From an uncultured virus (IMG/VR IMGVR_UViG_3300033072_000946) (lineage: Duplodnaviria; Heunggongvirae; Uroviricota; Caudoviricetes), in the IMG/VR virus record IMGVR_UViG_3300033072_000946: a stretch of 20,000 bases of DNA. One strand, 5' to 3'. Positions 8,881 to 16,285 of the stretch are shown in pieces. The notes below the pieces were generated by a model that saw only the letters and a list, made by a program, of their open reading frames with translations, did no database searches and was not told the origin of the DNA. The position numbers were made by a program, and so were the translations under genes. Each line of letters opens with the position of its first letter. Positions within the stretch are counted from its first letter, which is position 1.

Positions 8881-9345
8881 TTACGCGCCGACGTTCTTGC
8901 CGATCCAGGCGCCGTAGGTGATCGACGGCGTGGTGCCATCGAGCGTGGCGCGGATGGCGAGCCACATGTCGGTGCCGGACTTGTCGGCCATCAGGTCGGT
9001 GATGGTCTTGGAGTCGAGCAGGAACTTGTAGAAGCCGGTGGCGGTGACGGCGAACTGGTGGACGACGGCCGGGGTGTCGTTCATCGCAGCGACGTCATCG
9101 ACGAGCAGAGCGAGGGTATAGGTCTCGTCGCCCGTGGTCTTGTCGAGCGCGGTGACGTGGACACCGATCTCGAACTTGCCGTGCGGGACTTCCTTGTTGC
9201 CGGACTGCCAGTAGGCGGCGTCGAGCATGTTCAGCGGAACAGCGGTCTCGGTGGCGGTCGACGTCTCGGCACCGTCGGCGACGTTGCGGAGGAGGACGTT
9301 GGCAGCACCGTCGTACTGCATGCTCACGCGGGAGGGACGGGTCAT
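8881..9345 (-). CDS. Minor capsid / decoration protein, 154 aa
   Basis: Immediately follows the major capsid gene; beta-rich; motifs QYD, DETYT, GTTPSITY.A; GAAGGA RBS. Confidence 0.75.
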   Translation of the reverse strand: MTRPSRVSMQYDGAANVLLRNVADGAETSTATETAVPLNMLDAAYWQSGNKEVPHGKFEIGVHVTALDKTTGDETYTLALLVDDVAAMNDTPAVVHQFAVTATGFYKFLLDSKTITDLMADKSGTDMWLAIRATLDGTTPSITYGAWIGKNVGA

Positions 9346-9390
9346 GATGATACTTCCTTCAAGTGGAGTGTGACTGGGATCAGGCGGAGA

Positions 9391-9414
9391 TGACGCAGGG
9401 GTTACCCTGCGTCA
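9391..9414 (-). terminator. 10-bp stem-loop after the major capsid gene
   Basis: TGACGCAGGG-GTTA-CCCTGCGTCA perfect inverted repeat, 15 bp after the stop; no U-tract. Confidence 0.55.
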
Positions 9415-9429
9415 CTCAGTTGAGCGTGA

Positions 9430-10365
9430 TTACGCGACGAACGCGGCGTTCGAGATGCCACGGACGCGAGCGGCGCAGCGGCCGTGGAGCGCAGCGAAGC
9501 TGACGTTCCAGTCGATACGCGTGCGGTACACCGGCTTGCTGTCCTGCTCGCCGAGATCGCGGACGCTCATCGTGCCGTTCTGCAGGCCGAGGATGCCGGT
9601 GGGGCCCATCGACACGACGTAGATCGACTGCGCGGTGGCGGTCGAACCGGTCGAGGCGACCTCGTTGAAGTCGAGGATGCGCTGGCCGAGATCGTCGTAG
9701 TCGGCGATCAGGATCGGGAGATCGTTGTAGTTGGTGACCTTCCGACCGAAGGCATCGACGGTGTAGGAGATGAAGCCGCCGACCGTGGTGTTGCGGGCCG
9801 CCTCGGTGAGACGACGGCGAAGCGCCTTGGACATGATCAGATGGGTCGGGCTGTCGACCGCATCGATCGCCTCGTCGAGCTTGGCGATCGAGAGCGGATC
9901 ACCGCCGTCGGTCGCGGACGCGTCGGCCTCGATCACCTGCGAGCCGGTGATGCGGTTCTGCAGACCGTCGAACTCGCGCGGGTCCGAGAGCGAGTTGCCC
10001 TTGATGATCTTGGCCGCGATGTAGAGCGCCATGGCCTTGATCTTCATCTGCTCGTGCGTGGTACGAACAGCCGGGCCGTGGAACTCCATCAGCGCCTTGT
10101 CGACATCGAGATCGCCGCCCGCGATGCGGAGCGCCTCGACCTGCGGATTGATGATGCCCACGCTCTCCGTGAAGCTCTCGTTGATGCCACGGAAGGCGAC
10201 GCCGGGCAGGGTGCCCTCGACGTTGTAGCGGTAGGCGCCGCCCTGGACGTCCTCCCACACCATGGCATTGAGGATGTCGGACTCGCGCGCGAACATCTCG
10301 ATCACGCCTGCACGGAGGACGTCACCCGAGTTGATCTTGGAGGCTTCGAGAAGGGTCAACGGCAT
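9430..10365 (-). CDS. Major capsid protein, 311 aa
   Basis: Motifs LTLLEA, LPGVAFRGINE, IAGGDLDVDK, PREFDGL, VRDLGEQDSKPVYRTRIDW; strongly optimised codons; AGGAG RBS. Confidence 0.95.
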   Translation of the reverse strand: MPLTLLEASKINSGDVLRAGVIEMFARESDILNAMVWEDVQGGAYRYNVEGTLPGVAFRGINESFTESVGIINPQVEALRIAGGDLDVDKALMEFHGPAVRTTHEQMKIKAMALYIAAKIIKGNSLSDPREFDGLQNRITGSQVIEADASATDGGDPLSIAKLDEAIDAVDSPTHLIMSKALRRRLTEAARNTTVGGFISYTVDAFGRKVTNYNDLPILIADYDDLGQRILDFNEVASTGSTATAQSIYVVSMGPTGILGLQNGTMSVRDLGEQDSKPVYRTRIDWNVSFAALHGRCAARVRGISNAAFVA

Positions 10366-10426
10366 GCTAGTTACTCCTGGTTACGTTGTAAGCGTTCTGA
10401 CTGGGGTGGAGTGACCTACGGTCACC

Positions 10427-11203
10427 CTACTTGGCAGCCTTCGACTGTCGTGCGAGGTTGATGCGAGCGACAGGATCGAGCTTGTTGAACGCCTCGGTGG
10501 TCATGCCGTGAGGCGCCTGCGGCGAGCTGTCTGCGCCGCCTCCCTTAGAGGGGAGCCTGAGGTACGGCGCCTCTTCGAGCAGCTTCGCGAGCCACTCCTT
10601 CGGAGGCAGCGGCGTGACGCCGTCCTTGCCGTACAGAACCGCGTCGCCCTTCTTGGCGACAAGCTTGTCATCGGGGGAGACCGTGTAGATCTGCCGCGCC
10701 CGGGAGATGATGTCTTCGGTGGCTTGGGGGTTGGCGCCGCTGTCGGCGGCGGCGATGGCGTCGCGGACGGCGATCTCGATCAGGAGATTGCGCCGCTTCT
10801 GCGCCTCGCTCTGACCGGCGCTCTCGGCCTGCTGGAGGCGGGCGCCTTGCTCACGGAGCTGGGCCTCGTAGTTCTCTTTCACGGCCGCGAGGCGGCGGGC
10901 AACCTCGGTCTCGATGGCGTCCGAGCCCTTGAGCTTGCCATCCTCGACGAGCTGCTTGGTGCGGCGAAGCTCTTCGACCTCGCCCGCGAACTTCTCCGGG
11001 TCCTCGCCGACGACCTTCGCCAGCTTCTCGACCCGCGTCCGCAACTGATCGCGCTCGGTGGCGATCTCAGTGTTCTTGGTTCGGATCTCGTCGAAGGCTG
11101 CTTGCGCGACAACCTCGACTTCCCAGACGGCGCCGTTCTCTTTCGCCGCCGGACGGAGCCCCTCCGGGACCTCGTCGCGCGTCTTGAACGTGATCTTAGG
11201 CAT
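10427..11203 (-). CDS. Capsid scaffolding protein, 258 aa
   Basis: Charged coiled-coil, EW....EEAPYL...S.GGGA C-terminal motif, directly upstream of the major capsid gene. Confidence 0.85.
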   Translation of the reverse strand: MPKITFKTRDEVPEGLRPAAKENGAVWEVEVVAQAAFDEIRTKNTEIATERDQLRTRVEKLAKVVGEDPEKFAGEVEELRRTKQLVEDGKLKGSDAIETEVARRLAAVKENYEAQLREQGARLQQAESAGQSEAQKRRNLLIEIAVRDAIAAADSGANPQATEDIISRARQIYTVSPDDKLVAKKGDAVLYGKDGVTPLPPKEWLAKLLEEAPYLRLPSKGGGADSSPQAPHGMTTEAFNKLDPVARINLARQSKAAK

Positions 11204-11236
11204 CTGCCCTCGCGTTAACTTGTGTGAACGTGATCA

Positions 11237-11266
11237 TGACTAACACCATCTTAACGACTGTGTCAA
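11237..11266 (-). promoter_or_regulatory. Putative scaffold/capsid promoter (TTGACA-18-TAGTCA) with a CtrA-like box in the spacer
   Basis: TTGACACA motif; CTAA-N7-TTAAC at 11240-11255. Confidence 0.6.
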
Positions 11267-11573
11267 TATGGATCACGCAAGAAATTGAAGATTTTTTCGA
11301 GCAGGGACCAAAAATAACCGTAGGCGCCGAGCAGGACGGCCATCAGGAGACATCCGAAGGTGCTCAGGGCGAGGACGATCTCGTTTTCACCACGACGAGG
11401 TGCCACAGGGGGATGAAATGTCGCGTCGTAAACCGGGACAGGAGTTTCCTGATCTGGTTCCTCGTCATCCCGGTCGCGCAACGCCTGTCGGTTGTCCATG
11501 TCAGTCCGTTCTCGAATAGGCGAAGCCACAAAAACGGCCCATCCGGCGCTTCCCAGGACAGGAAGAACCGCAT
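11263..11573 (-). CDS. Small membrane protein region: overlapping ORFs 11364..11573 and 11263..11499, possibly one frameshifted gene
   Basis: GC3-rich codon usage appears to switch frame at an A4 run near 11385; the C-terminal part has one hydrophobic helix. Confidence 0.45.
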
Positions 11574-11595
11574 CGGGCCTCTGGAACCGTTTCTC

Positions 11596-11946
11596 TTAGG
11601 CTTCGGCGTGGGTTTCCCAGCCGTTCCAATCTTTCTGCGTGTATCCCGCAACCGCTGCTCGGATGAGATCCTGGGCCAGGGCGCTCTCAACATCGACGAT
11701 TTTCGGGAAGTACCCAGACAAAACCAGCCCACGAAAGGCGGCTTCGACCTGGGGGTCCGAAACGTCGAATTGATCCTTCCAAATCTGCTTTACCAGCAGG
11801 AATTGGGTTTTCGCGCACGAAAACAGGAGCGCTTTCCACAATTGCGGATAGCGCGCCCTGTCTGCGATGAACTGTACGACGGTCAGAGTTCTCCCTGCAC
11901 CGACGTACCTCGGGACGTAGAGCCCAATCCGTTCCGCTTGTTCCAC
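11596..11946 (-). CDS. Hypothetical protein, 116 aa
   Basis: GTG start after GGGGAG, tightly packed with the upstream ORF. Confidence 0.65.
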   Translation of the reverse strand: MEQAERIGLYVPRYVGAGRTLTVVQFIADRARYPQLWKALLFSCAKTQFLLVKQIWKDQFDVSDPQVEAAFRGLVLSGYFPKIVDVESALAQDLIRAAVAGYTQKDWNGWETHAEA

Positions 11947-11947
11947 T

Positions 11948-12076
11948 TCACTCCCCTCGGAGCTTCTTCTCAAACGCCGCCTTTCGGGCTTTCGAGATCT
12001 TGCTCCACACCATCTTCCCGATCATACCGATCAGAACGAGGATGAAGGCCCCGAAGAACAGCTCGACGATGATCAC
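11948..12076 (-). CDS. Small single-TM protein with basic tail, 42 aa
   Basis: GTGA overlap with the upstream stop; GAGGGA RBS; MIIVELFFGAFILVLIGMIGKMVWSKISKARKAAFEKKLRGE. Confidence 0.7.
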   Translation of the reverse strand: MIIVELFFGAFILVLIGMIGKMVWSKISKARKAAFEKKLRGE

Positions 12077-12285
12077 GACGGCTGTCCCTCGGTGCTGCAG
12101 TGAGGCTCGGCCGACTTGACGACGACGCCCATCTTGGTGAGTTCCTCGACGAGATCGGTCACGCCTTTCGGCATTGCCAGCTCGCACGCCACCTTGGTCG
12201 GAAAAAGCTCTTCCGACGCGAACAGTGTGCAACCCGGCATCCCGAAGTGATTGACACCGCAGACCAGGACGAAGATCTGGAACAC
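12073..12285 (-). CDS. Small Cys-containing hypothetical protein, 70 aa
   Basis: GGAG RBS within the end of the portal gene; GTG start; MFQIFVLVC...C...C...HC. Confidence 0.7.
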   Translation of the reverse strand: MFQIFVLVCGVNHFGMPGCTLFASEELFPTKVACELAMPKGVTDLVEELTKMGVVVKSAEPHCSTEGQPS

Positions 12286-12289
12286 GCGA

Positions 12290-13957
12290 TTACTCCGTGG
12301 GTTTGGCTTTGGGTTTCGCCTTGGGCTTGGCTGCAGGCTTGGCGGCACCGGGGCCTGCCGCAGCCGGTTGGGCCTTGGCGGCGGCTTTCGCCGTCACTTC
12401 AGCCGTCTTCTCAGCCGACTTGCGGTCCTTCTCCGCTTCCTCGACTTCGATCTTGGTCTTGGCGTCGGGGTAGCCCTCGCGCTTGGCATCGACGTCAGGC
12501 GCGTTGATGAAGCTCTCCTTGCTCTCCAGCAGCTCCTTGAACTCTTCCACGGTGAGGTGATCCGGGATCATCTCGCCCTTGCGGAGGTAGTGGTGGAGCA
12601 TCTCGATCGGGAGCGCGCCGTCCTTGTACATCTGCGCGGCGACGCGGAATTCGCGGCTGCCGATCGTGTCGAACAGAAAGTCGCGGTTGTGAGCGATCTC
12701 GAACTCCGGCTTGCCGAGGTTCGCGTAATCGAGCATCCACGTCATGAGACGCTTCGCGCCGTCGTCCAACTCCTCGACGACGTCGAGAAGCATCGTCTGC
12801 TCGTTGCGATCTTTCAGCTTGAGCGAATTGTCGCTTTCGCTGGTCGAGCGCGTCGACACGCCGAGAAGACGTCCGCCCAAAGACGCCGCCATCGAAACCT
12901 TGCTTTCGAGGGCGTTCTCCAGGAACTTGAGTCCGTTGCCGTTGAACTCCAGGAGTTTCGCCGTCGCGCCCTTCTCCAACTCCCAGACGAGACCAGCACC
13001 GAGCTTGTACGAGCCCTGTCCATCACCGGTCCGCTCGACCGCGTAGATCGGCGTGGCGGTGTAGAAGAGGCCGTGTTCCAGAGCCGCCGACGACTGATAG
13101 TGAGACATGTTGAGGCGCGCGATCTCCAGGATCGGCGCTTGCCCAACGTCCCAGGCGTTACCCTGTTTGTGGGTGTTGAAGAGATGGAACGGGATGTAGT
13201 CGATCGGGCGCCCGCGAATGAGAAGAGGGACGCGCTCGAAACCCGCGACGACGTCACCCGGGTCGAGTTTCGCATTCCGGTTCGCTGCCGAGAACAAAGT
13301 CTGGACGTATCGACCGCCGGAGATCTCCAGAAGACGGAGGTTCCAGTAATAGTGCTTGATGCCGTAATTCTTGGATTGGGCGGCCCATTCCCGCACCACG
13401 ATCCGGGTCGGACCCGTGGAACCGTCGGGGAGAACGCCGATATCCCAATCCAGGATGTCTTCGGCGGCGTAGAACTTGACGAACGGGCGGGGATTGACAC
13501 TTTCCACGGACGGAAGGTCGACAAGAGCCCCGTAACGGCCCGTGGTGAGGAGTTCCAGGGCGGCAGACGCCATGGATTTCCTAAAAGTGGTGCCGTCAAG
13601 AGAAAATTTTTCCAAAAGAGGCTGTCCAGCCTCCGGAAAATCGCGAATTGACGTCGATCGGCGGAAAATCGTTCCAACCAGGGCCCGGCGCGTCCGATCG
13701 GAGAAGTTGAAGTAGCAGGCCCGCGTCAAGAACGCGAGATAGTCCTGCATCGAGTGGCCTTCCCACTTGGGGAGGTACTCTGTGGTGGCTTCCTTGACCA
13801 CGCGCTCGCCCGCGCACGCGTCGCGGACCAGTTTCCAGTCTTCCCACTGCGCCAGAACCTGGGGGTGGGTCCAATCCGGCAGGGCATCGAGGGCGTTCCG
13901 GTTGGACTTCTGTTGGAGGCGATCGAGAGCCTGGGTCCGTTTCGAACTGGTCGCCAT
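12290..13957 (-). CDS. Portal protein (DUF4055-type), 555 aa
   Basis: Motifs HP....W..VRD..AGE..VK....YLP, Y...L.RA.YFN, LVDLP, YAAEDILDW, LN.SHYQSSA.LEHGL..TA.P; first gene of the head module. Confidence 0.93.
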   Translation of the reverse strand: MATSSKRTQALDRLQQKSNRNALDALPDWTHPQVLAQWEDWKLVRDACAGERVVKEATTEYLPKWEGHSMQDYLAFLTRACYFNFSDRTRRALVGTIFRRSTSIRDFPEAGQPLLEKFSLDGTTFRKSMASAALELLTTGRYGALVDLPSVESVNPRPFVKFYAAEDILDWDIGVLPDGSTGPTRIVVREWAAQSKNYGIKHYYWNLRLLEISGGRYVQTLFSAANRNAKLDPGDVVAGFERVPLLIRGRPIDYIPFHLFNTHKQGNAWDVGQAPILEIARLNMSHYQSSAALEHGLFYTATPIYAVERTGDGQGSYKLGAGLVWELEKGATAKLLEFNGNGLKFLENALESKVSMAASLGGRLLGVSTRSTSESDNSLKLKDRNEQTMLLDVVEELDDGAKRLMTWMLDYANLGKPEFEIAHNRDFLFDTIGSREFRVAAQMYKDGALPIEMLHHYLRKGEMIPDHLTVEEFKELLESKESFINAPDVDAKREGYPDAKTKIEVEEAEKDRKSAEKTAEVTAKAAAKAQPAAAGPGAAKPAAKPKAKPKAKPTE

Positions 13958-13981
13958 CCCGGCCTTACTCCACTGGTGTGA

Positions 13982-14018
13982 TTAACAGTGTGTTACCTTA
14001 GATCACACACTGTGTCAA
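13982..14018 (-). promoter_or_regulatory. Putative portal (late operon) promoter TTGACA-17-TAACAC with a palindromic operator and CtrA-like box
   Basis: ACAGTGTGT-N11-ACACACTGT inverted repeat (13985-14013); TTAA-N7-TTAC at 13982-13996. Confidence 0.65.
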
Positions 14019-14060
14019 CCTGGGACACGCGGGATTTTTAACGCTACCCTCGATGGCGTA

Positions 14061-14089
14061 TTGTCATCCTAGATCACATAGGCTATGGC
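14061..14089 (+). promoter_or_regulatory. Putative divergent promoter TTGTCA-17-TATGGC
   Basis: Upstream of the RBS GGGGAG and ATG 14116; shares TAGATCACA with the portal promoter. Confidence 0.45.
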
Positions 14090-14115
14090 TGCTGGTGTCA
14101 ACACCGGGGAGCCAC

Positions 14116-14604
14116 ATGACCGTACCCACCAACCCTGTCGTCGAGTCCATGAAGATGAAGGGGTTCAACACCCGCATCATCTTCGAGGGGGATGCCCAGA
14201 TCGGGATCATCGCGTGGCACCCGACGATGCCCATCCTGACCGCCAACGTCGAGAAGAAGGACACCGACCTGTTCGTCGCCTCGCCTGAGAACCAGACGAT
14301 CTTCGTGATCGCCCGGTTCGGGACGATCCAGGACGGCGACGGTCAGGGACAGGCCTACATCTGTCCGTGGTCCGCGTGGCCCCAGGTGATGTTGTGGCCG
14401 TCGAACGCGCCCGGACCGGTCTCGCCGATCCCGTTGTGGTCCTTCGAGGCTCTCCCGCCGTCTGTCGCGCATCAGGCGCTCACCAAGTGGCTCGCATGGC
14501 GCGCGGTCATGAACGAGGTGGCGCACACCCGCATCACCGACAAGTGGGACCACCTCAAGATCGGCGCCACGCTATCCGCGCAGCTCTCGCAGGCTCTCAC
14601 ATGA
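14116..14604 (+). CDS. Hypothetical protein, 162 aa
   Basis: GGGGAG RBS before ATG 14116; good codon usage; ATGA overlap with the next gene. Confidence 0.8.
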   Translation: MTVPTNPVVESMKMKGFNTRIIFEGDAQIGIIAWHPTMPILTANVEKKDTDLFVASPENQTIFVIARFGTIQDGDGQGQAYICPWSAWPQVMLWPSNAPGPVSPIPLWSFEALPPSVAHQALTKWLAWRAVMNEVAHTRITDKWDHLKIGATLSAQLSQALT

Positions 14605-14912
14605 AGGTCTCCGAGGAAAAGGCCCGCCAATCTCGCTGTCCGCACGCGACGCGCGGTCCGGACGGCTTGATGGGTCACTGCGTCGCCTCACAATGCATGA
14701 TGTGGCGCTGGGCCTACGACTTCTCAGCGATCCCGGCCCCGAACAATTCCTCGAACATCGCGAGAGAGGAATTCGCGAGAGAAGTCGCGGCGCGCTACAG
14801 CCAGGGTTTCGAGGTCTACGCGGATCTTCCGAGCGAACTTCGCCTCCGGAAGAAACTGACGGTCGGTTTTTGCGGTCTGGCTGGGAACGCGTCCCGGGAC
14901 GGTCTCGCATGA
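14601..14912 (+). CDS. Cys-rich phage hypothetical protein, 103 aa
   Basis: CP..C.ASQCMMWRW...GFCGLAG pattern; ATGA coupling at both ends. Confidence 0.8.
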   Translation: MKVSEEKARQSRCPHATRGPDGLMGHCVASQCMMWRWAYDFSAIPAPNNSSNIAREEFAREVAARYSQGFEVYADLPSELRLRKKLTVGFCGLAGNASRDGLA

Positions 14913-15223
14913 ACAACGCCGGTCTCACCGATCGCCAGTTCCGGGTCCTCAAGCAGCTCGGCGCCTACGCCATTTTCGACCTGCCGGGACAAACGTGTCG
15001 GCAGGTCTCGATGGACACGTTCGGGAGTCACCAGCCCTGGACGATGAAGACACTCCGCTGGTTGGAGCTGCGCAAGTTCGTCGAGAAAGCACGCCCCGAT
15101 CAATTCAACAACATCCGCTGGAAGATCACCGATGCTGGACTCGAACGACTTGCAAGAGACACGGGGAACGAGACCTACCGTGATCCCCAACGCACAACTG
15201 GAGGAACGGCGCCGTCGCCGTGA
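14909..15223 (+). CDS. Possible winged-helix DNA-binding protein, 104 aa
   Basis: LTDRQFRVLKQL...TLRWLE..KFVEK......WKITDAG is a MarR-like wHTH pattern. Confidence 0.6.
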   Translation: MNNAGLTDRQFRVLKQLGAYAIFDLPGQTCRQVSMDTFGSHQPWTMKTLRWLELRKFVEKARPDQFNNIRWKITDAGLERLARDTGNETYRDPQRTTGGTAPSP

Positions 15224-15350
15224 CGCCGAGAATGCGATGAAGGCAACCATCGACGGTGCCCTCGCGTCCGCCTTTCTCGGGCCCGTCTTGGTGTGGGGCG
15301 TCTGGTTCGGCCTCATGTCTCGATACTGGTTCGGTTGGAGACAGTGGTGA
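15180..15350 (+). CDS. Small membrane protein, 56 aa
   Basis: GTG start; hydrophobic Trp-rich C-terminus; GTGA overlap with the HNH gene. Confidence 0.55.
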   Translation: MIPNAQLEERRRRRDAENAMKATIDGALASAFLGPVLVWGVWFGLMSRYWFGWRQW

Positions 15351-15649
15351 ATGGACGACGAGAAAGACTCCTCGCCGAAATCAAGTCCCGGACCATCGAA
15401 ACCACACATGGCTGCTGGGTCTGGCTTGGACGGGACAGTGGGAACGGTCGGGGTGGAGGCTATCCCCGAATGGAAGTTTTCGGACACACGGCTGCGGTTC
15501 ACCGGGTCGCTTGGGTCTGTCAGAACGGGTTTCTTCCCTCGAAACGTCAGCTCGATCACACGTGTAAAAACCGGAGATGTGTGAACCCATCCCACTTAGA
15601 ACCTGTCACCCATCTTCAAAACCAGAAACGCCGAAGGAAAGTGAAATGA
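15347..15649 (+). CDS. HNH endonuclease (HNH_3 type), 100 aa
   Basis: GCWVW.G...GY......VHRVAW......LDHTCKNRRCVNPSHL..VT..QN; GGAG RBS. Confidence 0.92.
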   Translation: MNGRRERLLAEIKSRTIETTHGCWVWLGRDSGNGRGGGYPRMEVFGHTAAVHRVAWVCQNGFLPSKRQLDHTCKNRRCVNPSHLEPVTHLQNQKRRRKVK

Positions 15650-16083
15650 ACCTCACCCCTGACAAGATCCGCGAAGCGCTCCAGGCTCAGCTCGAAGCGG
15701 CTGTTCGCGGACGCACCCTCCGGGACGTCACCGAGCTGAACGGCGTCCTCAAGACCATCCCCGACGAGCACCGCATGGCCGCGCACATGGTGATGTGCAT
15801 CGCCTTCGACCTCGGGCAGCGCCAGGGCGGGAAATTCGGCCAGAGCGCGGCCCTGACCGCCGCCGGTGTGACGACGATGTCGCCCAACTCGATGCAGATG
15901 GTCACGCAGGCTCGCCAGATGGTCAGCGAGCTGTGTGACTTCGGCGAGGACATCTTCATGGACGTCGCGACCGGCTTCCTGAAGGCGTCAATGCCGAACA
16001 AGTCGGAGGACGACTTCGACAACGAGCTTCGCTCGCTCTTCAAGAAGGTGACGGGCGAGGATCTCGACAAGAAGGAACACTGA
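15646..16083 (+). CDS. Hypothetical protein, 145 aa
   Basis: AAGGA RBS; ATGA overlap; strong GC3 bias. Confidence 0.8.
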   Translation: MNLTPDKIREALQAQLEAAVRGRTLRDVTELNGVLKTIPDEHRMAAHMVMCIAFDLGQRQGGKFGQSAALTAAGVTTMSPNSMQMVTQARQMVSELCDFGEDIFMDVATGFLKASMPNKSEDDFDNELRSLFKKVTGEDLDKKEH

Positions 16084-16117
16084 CCATGGCCGTGTCGATA
16101 CTGATCGCGGCTACGTC

Positions 16118-16285
16118 ATGTACGTGTTCGAGAACTCGCGCGGCGGGGTCCGCATCCTCTGTGGGTGCCGGAATTTCACGATCAAAGAGGCACTCCATCA
16201 TTGGTCGAAGTACCCGGTCAAAGACCGCCCGGGGTACCTGAAGGCCGTCGAGAAGCTCGCGAAGAAATACGGAGTCAAGGCGTGA
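16118..16285 (+). CDS. Small phage protein with a GCR.FT..EA..HW motif, >=55 aa
   Basis: Manual translation MYVFENSRGGVRILCGCRNFTIKEALHHWSKYP...; its stop overlaps the thyA start. The true start may be the out-of-frame ATG 16086. Confidence 0.65.
   Translation: MYVFENSRGGVRILCGCRNFTIKEALHHWSKYPVKDRPGYLKAVEKLAKKYGVKA

Noticed and set aside
130..13981. Many long + strand ORFs (e.g. 3210..4496, 7289..8299, 9484..10461, 11224..12045, 12251..13651)
   Set aside because: Antisense shadows of GC3-rich minus-strand structural genes; no RBS or recognisable motifs.
15347..15649. HNH gene as an intron-encoded or defence-system nuclease
   Set aside because: It is free-standing, translationally coupled to its neighbours, and interrupts no gene; a routine phage HNH.
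16165..16281. 39-aa N-terminal extension of ThyA in the ORF track
   Set aside because: The region belongs to the upstream small gene in another frame; the GGAG RBS supports GTG 16282.
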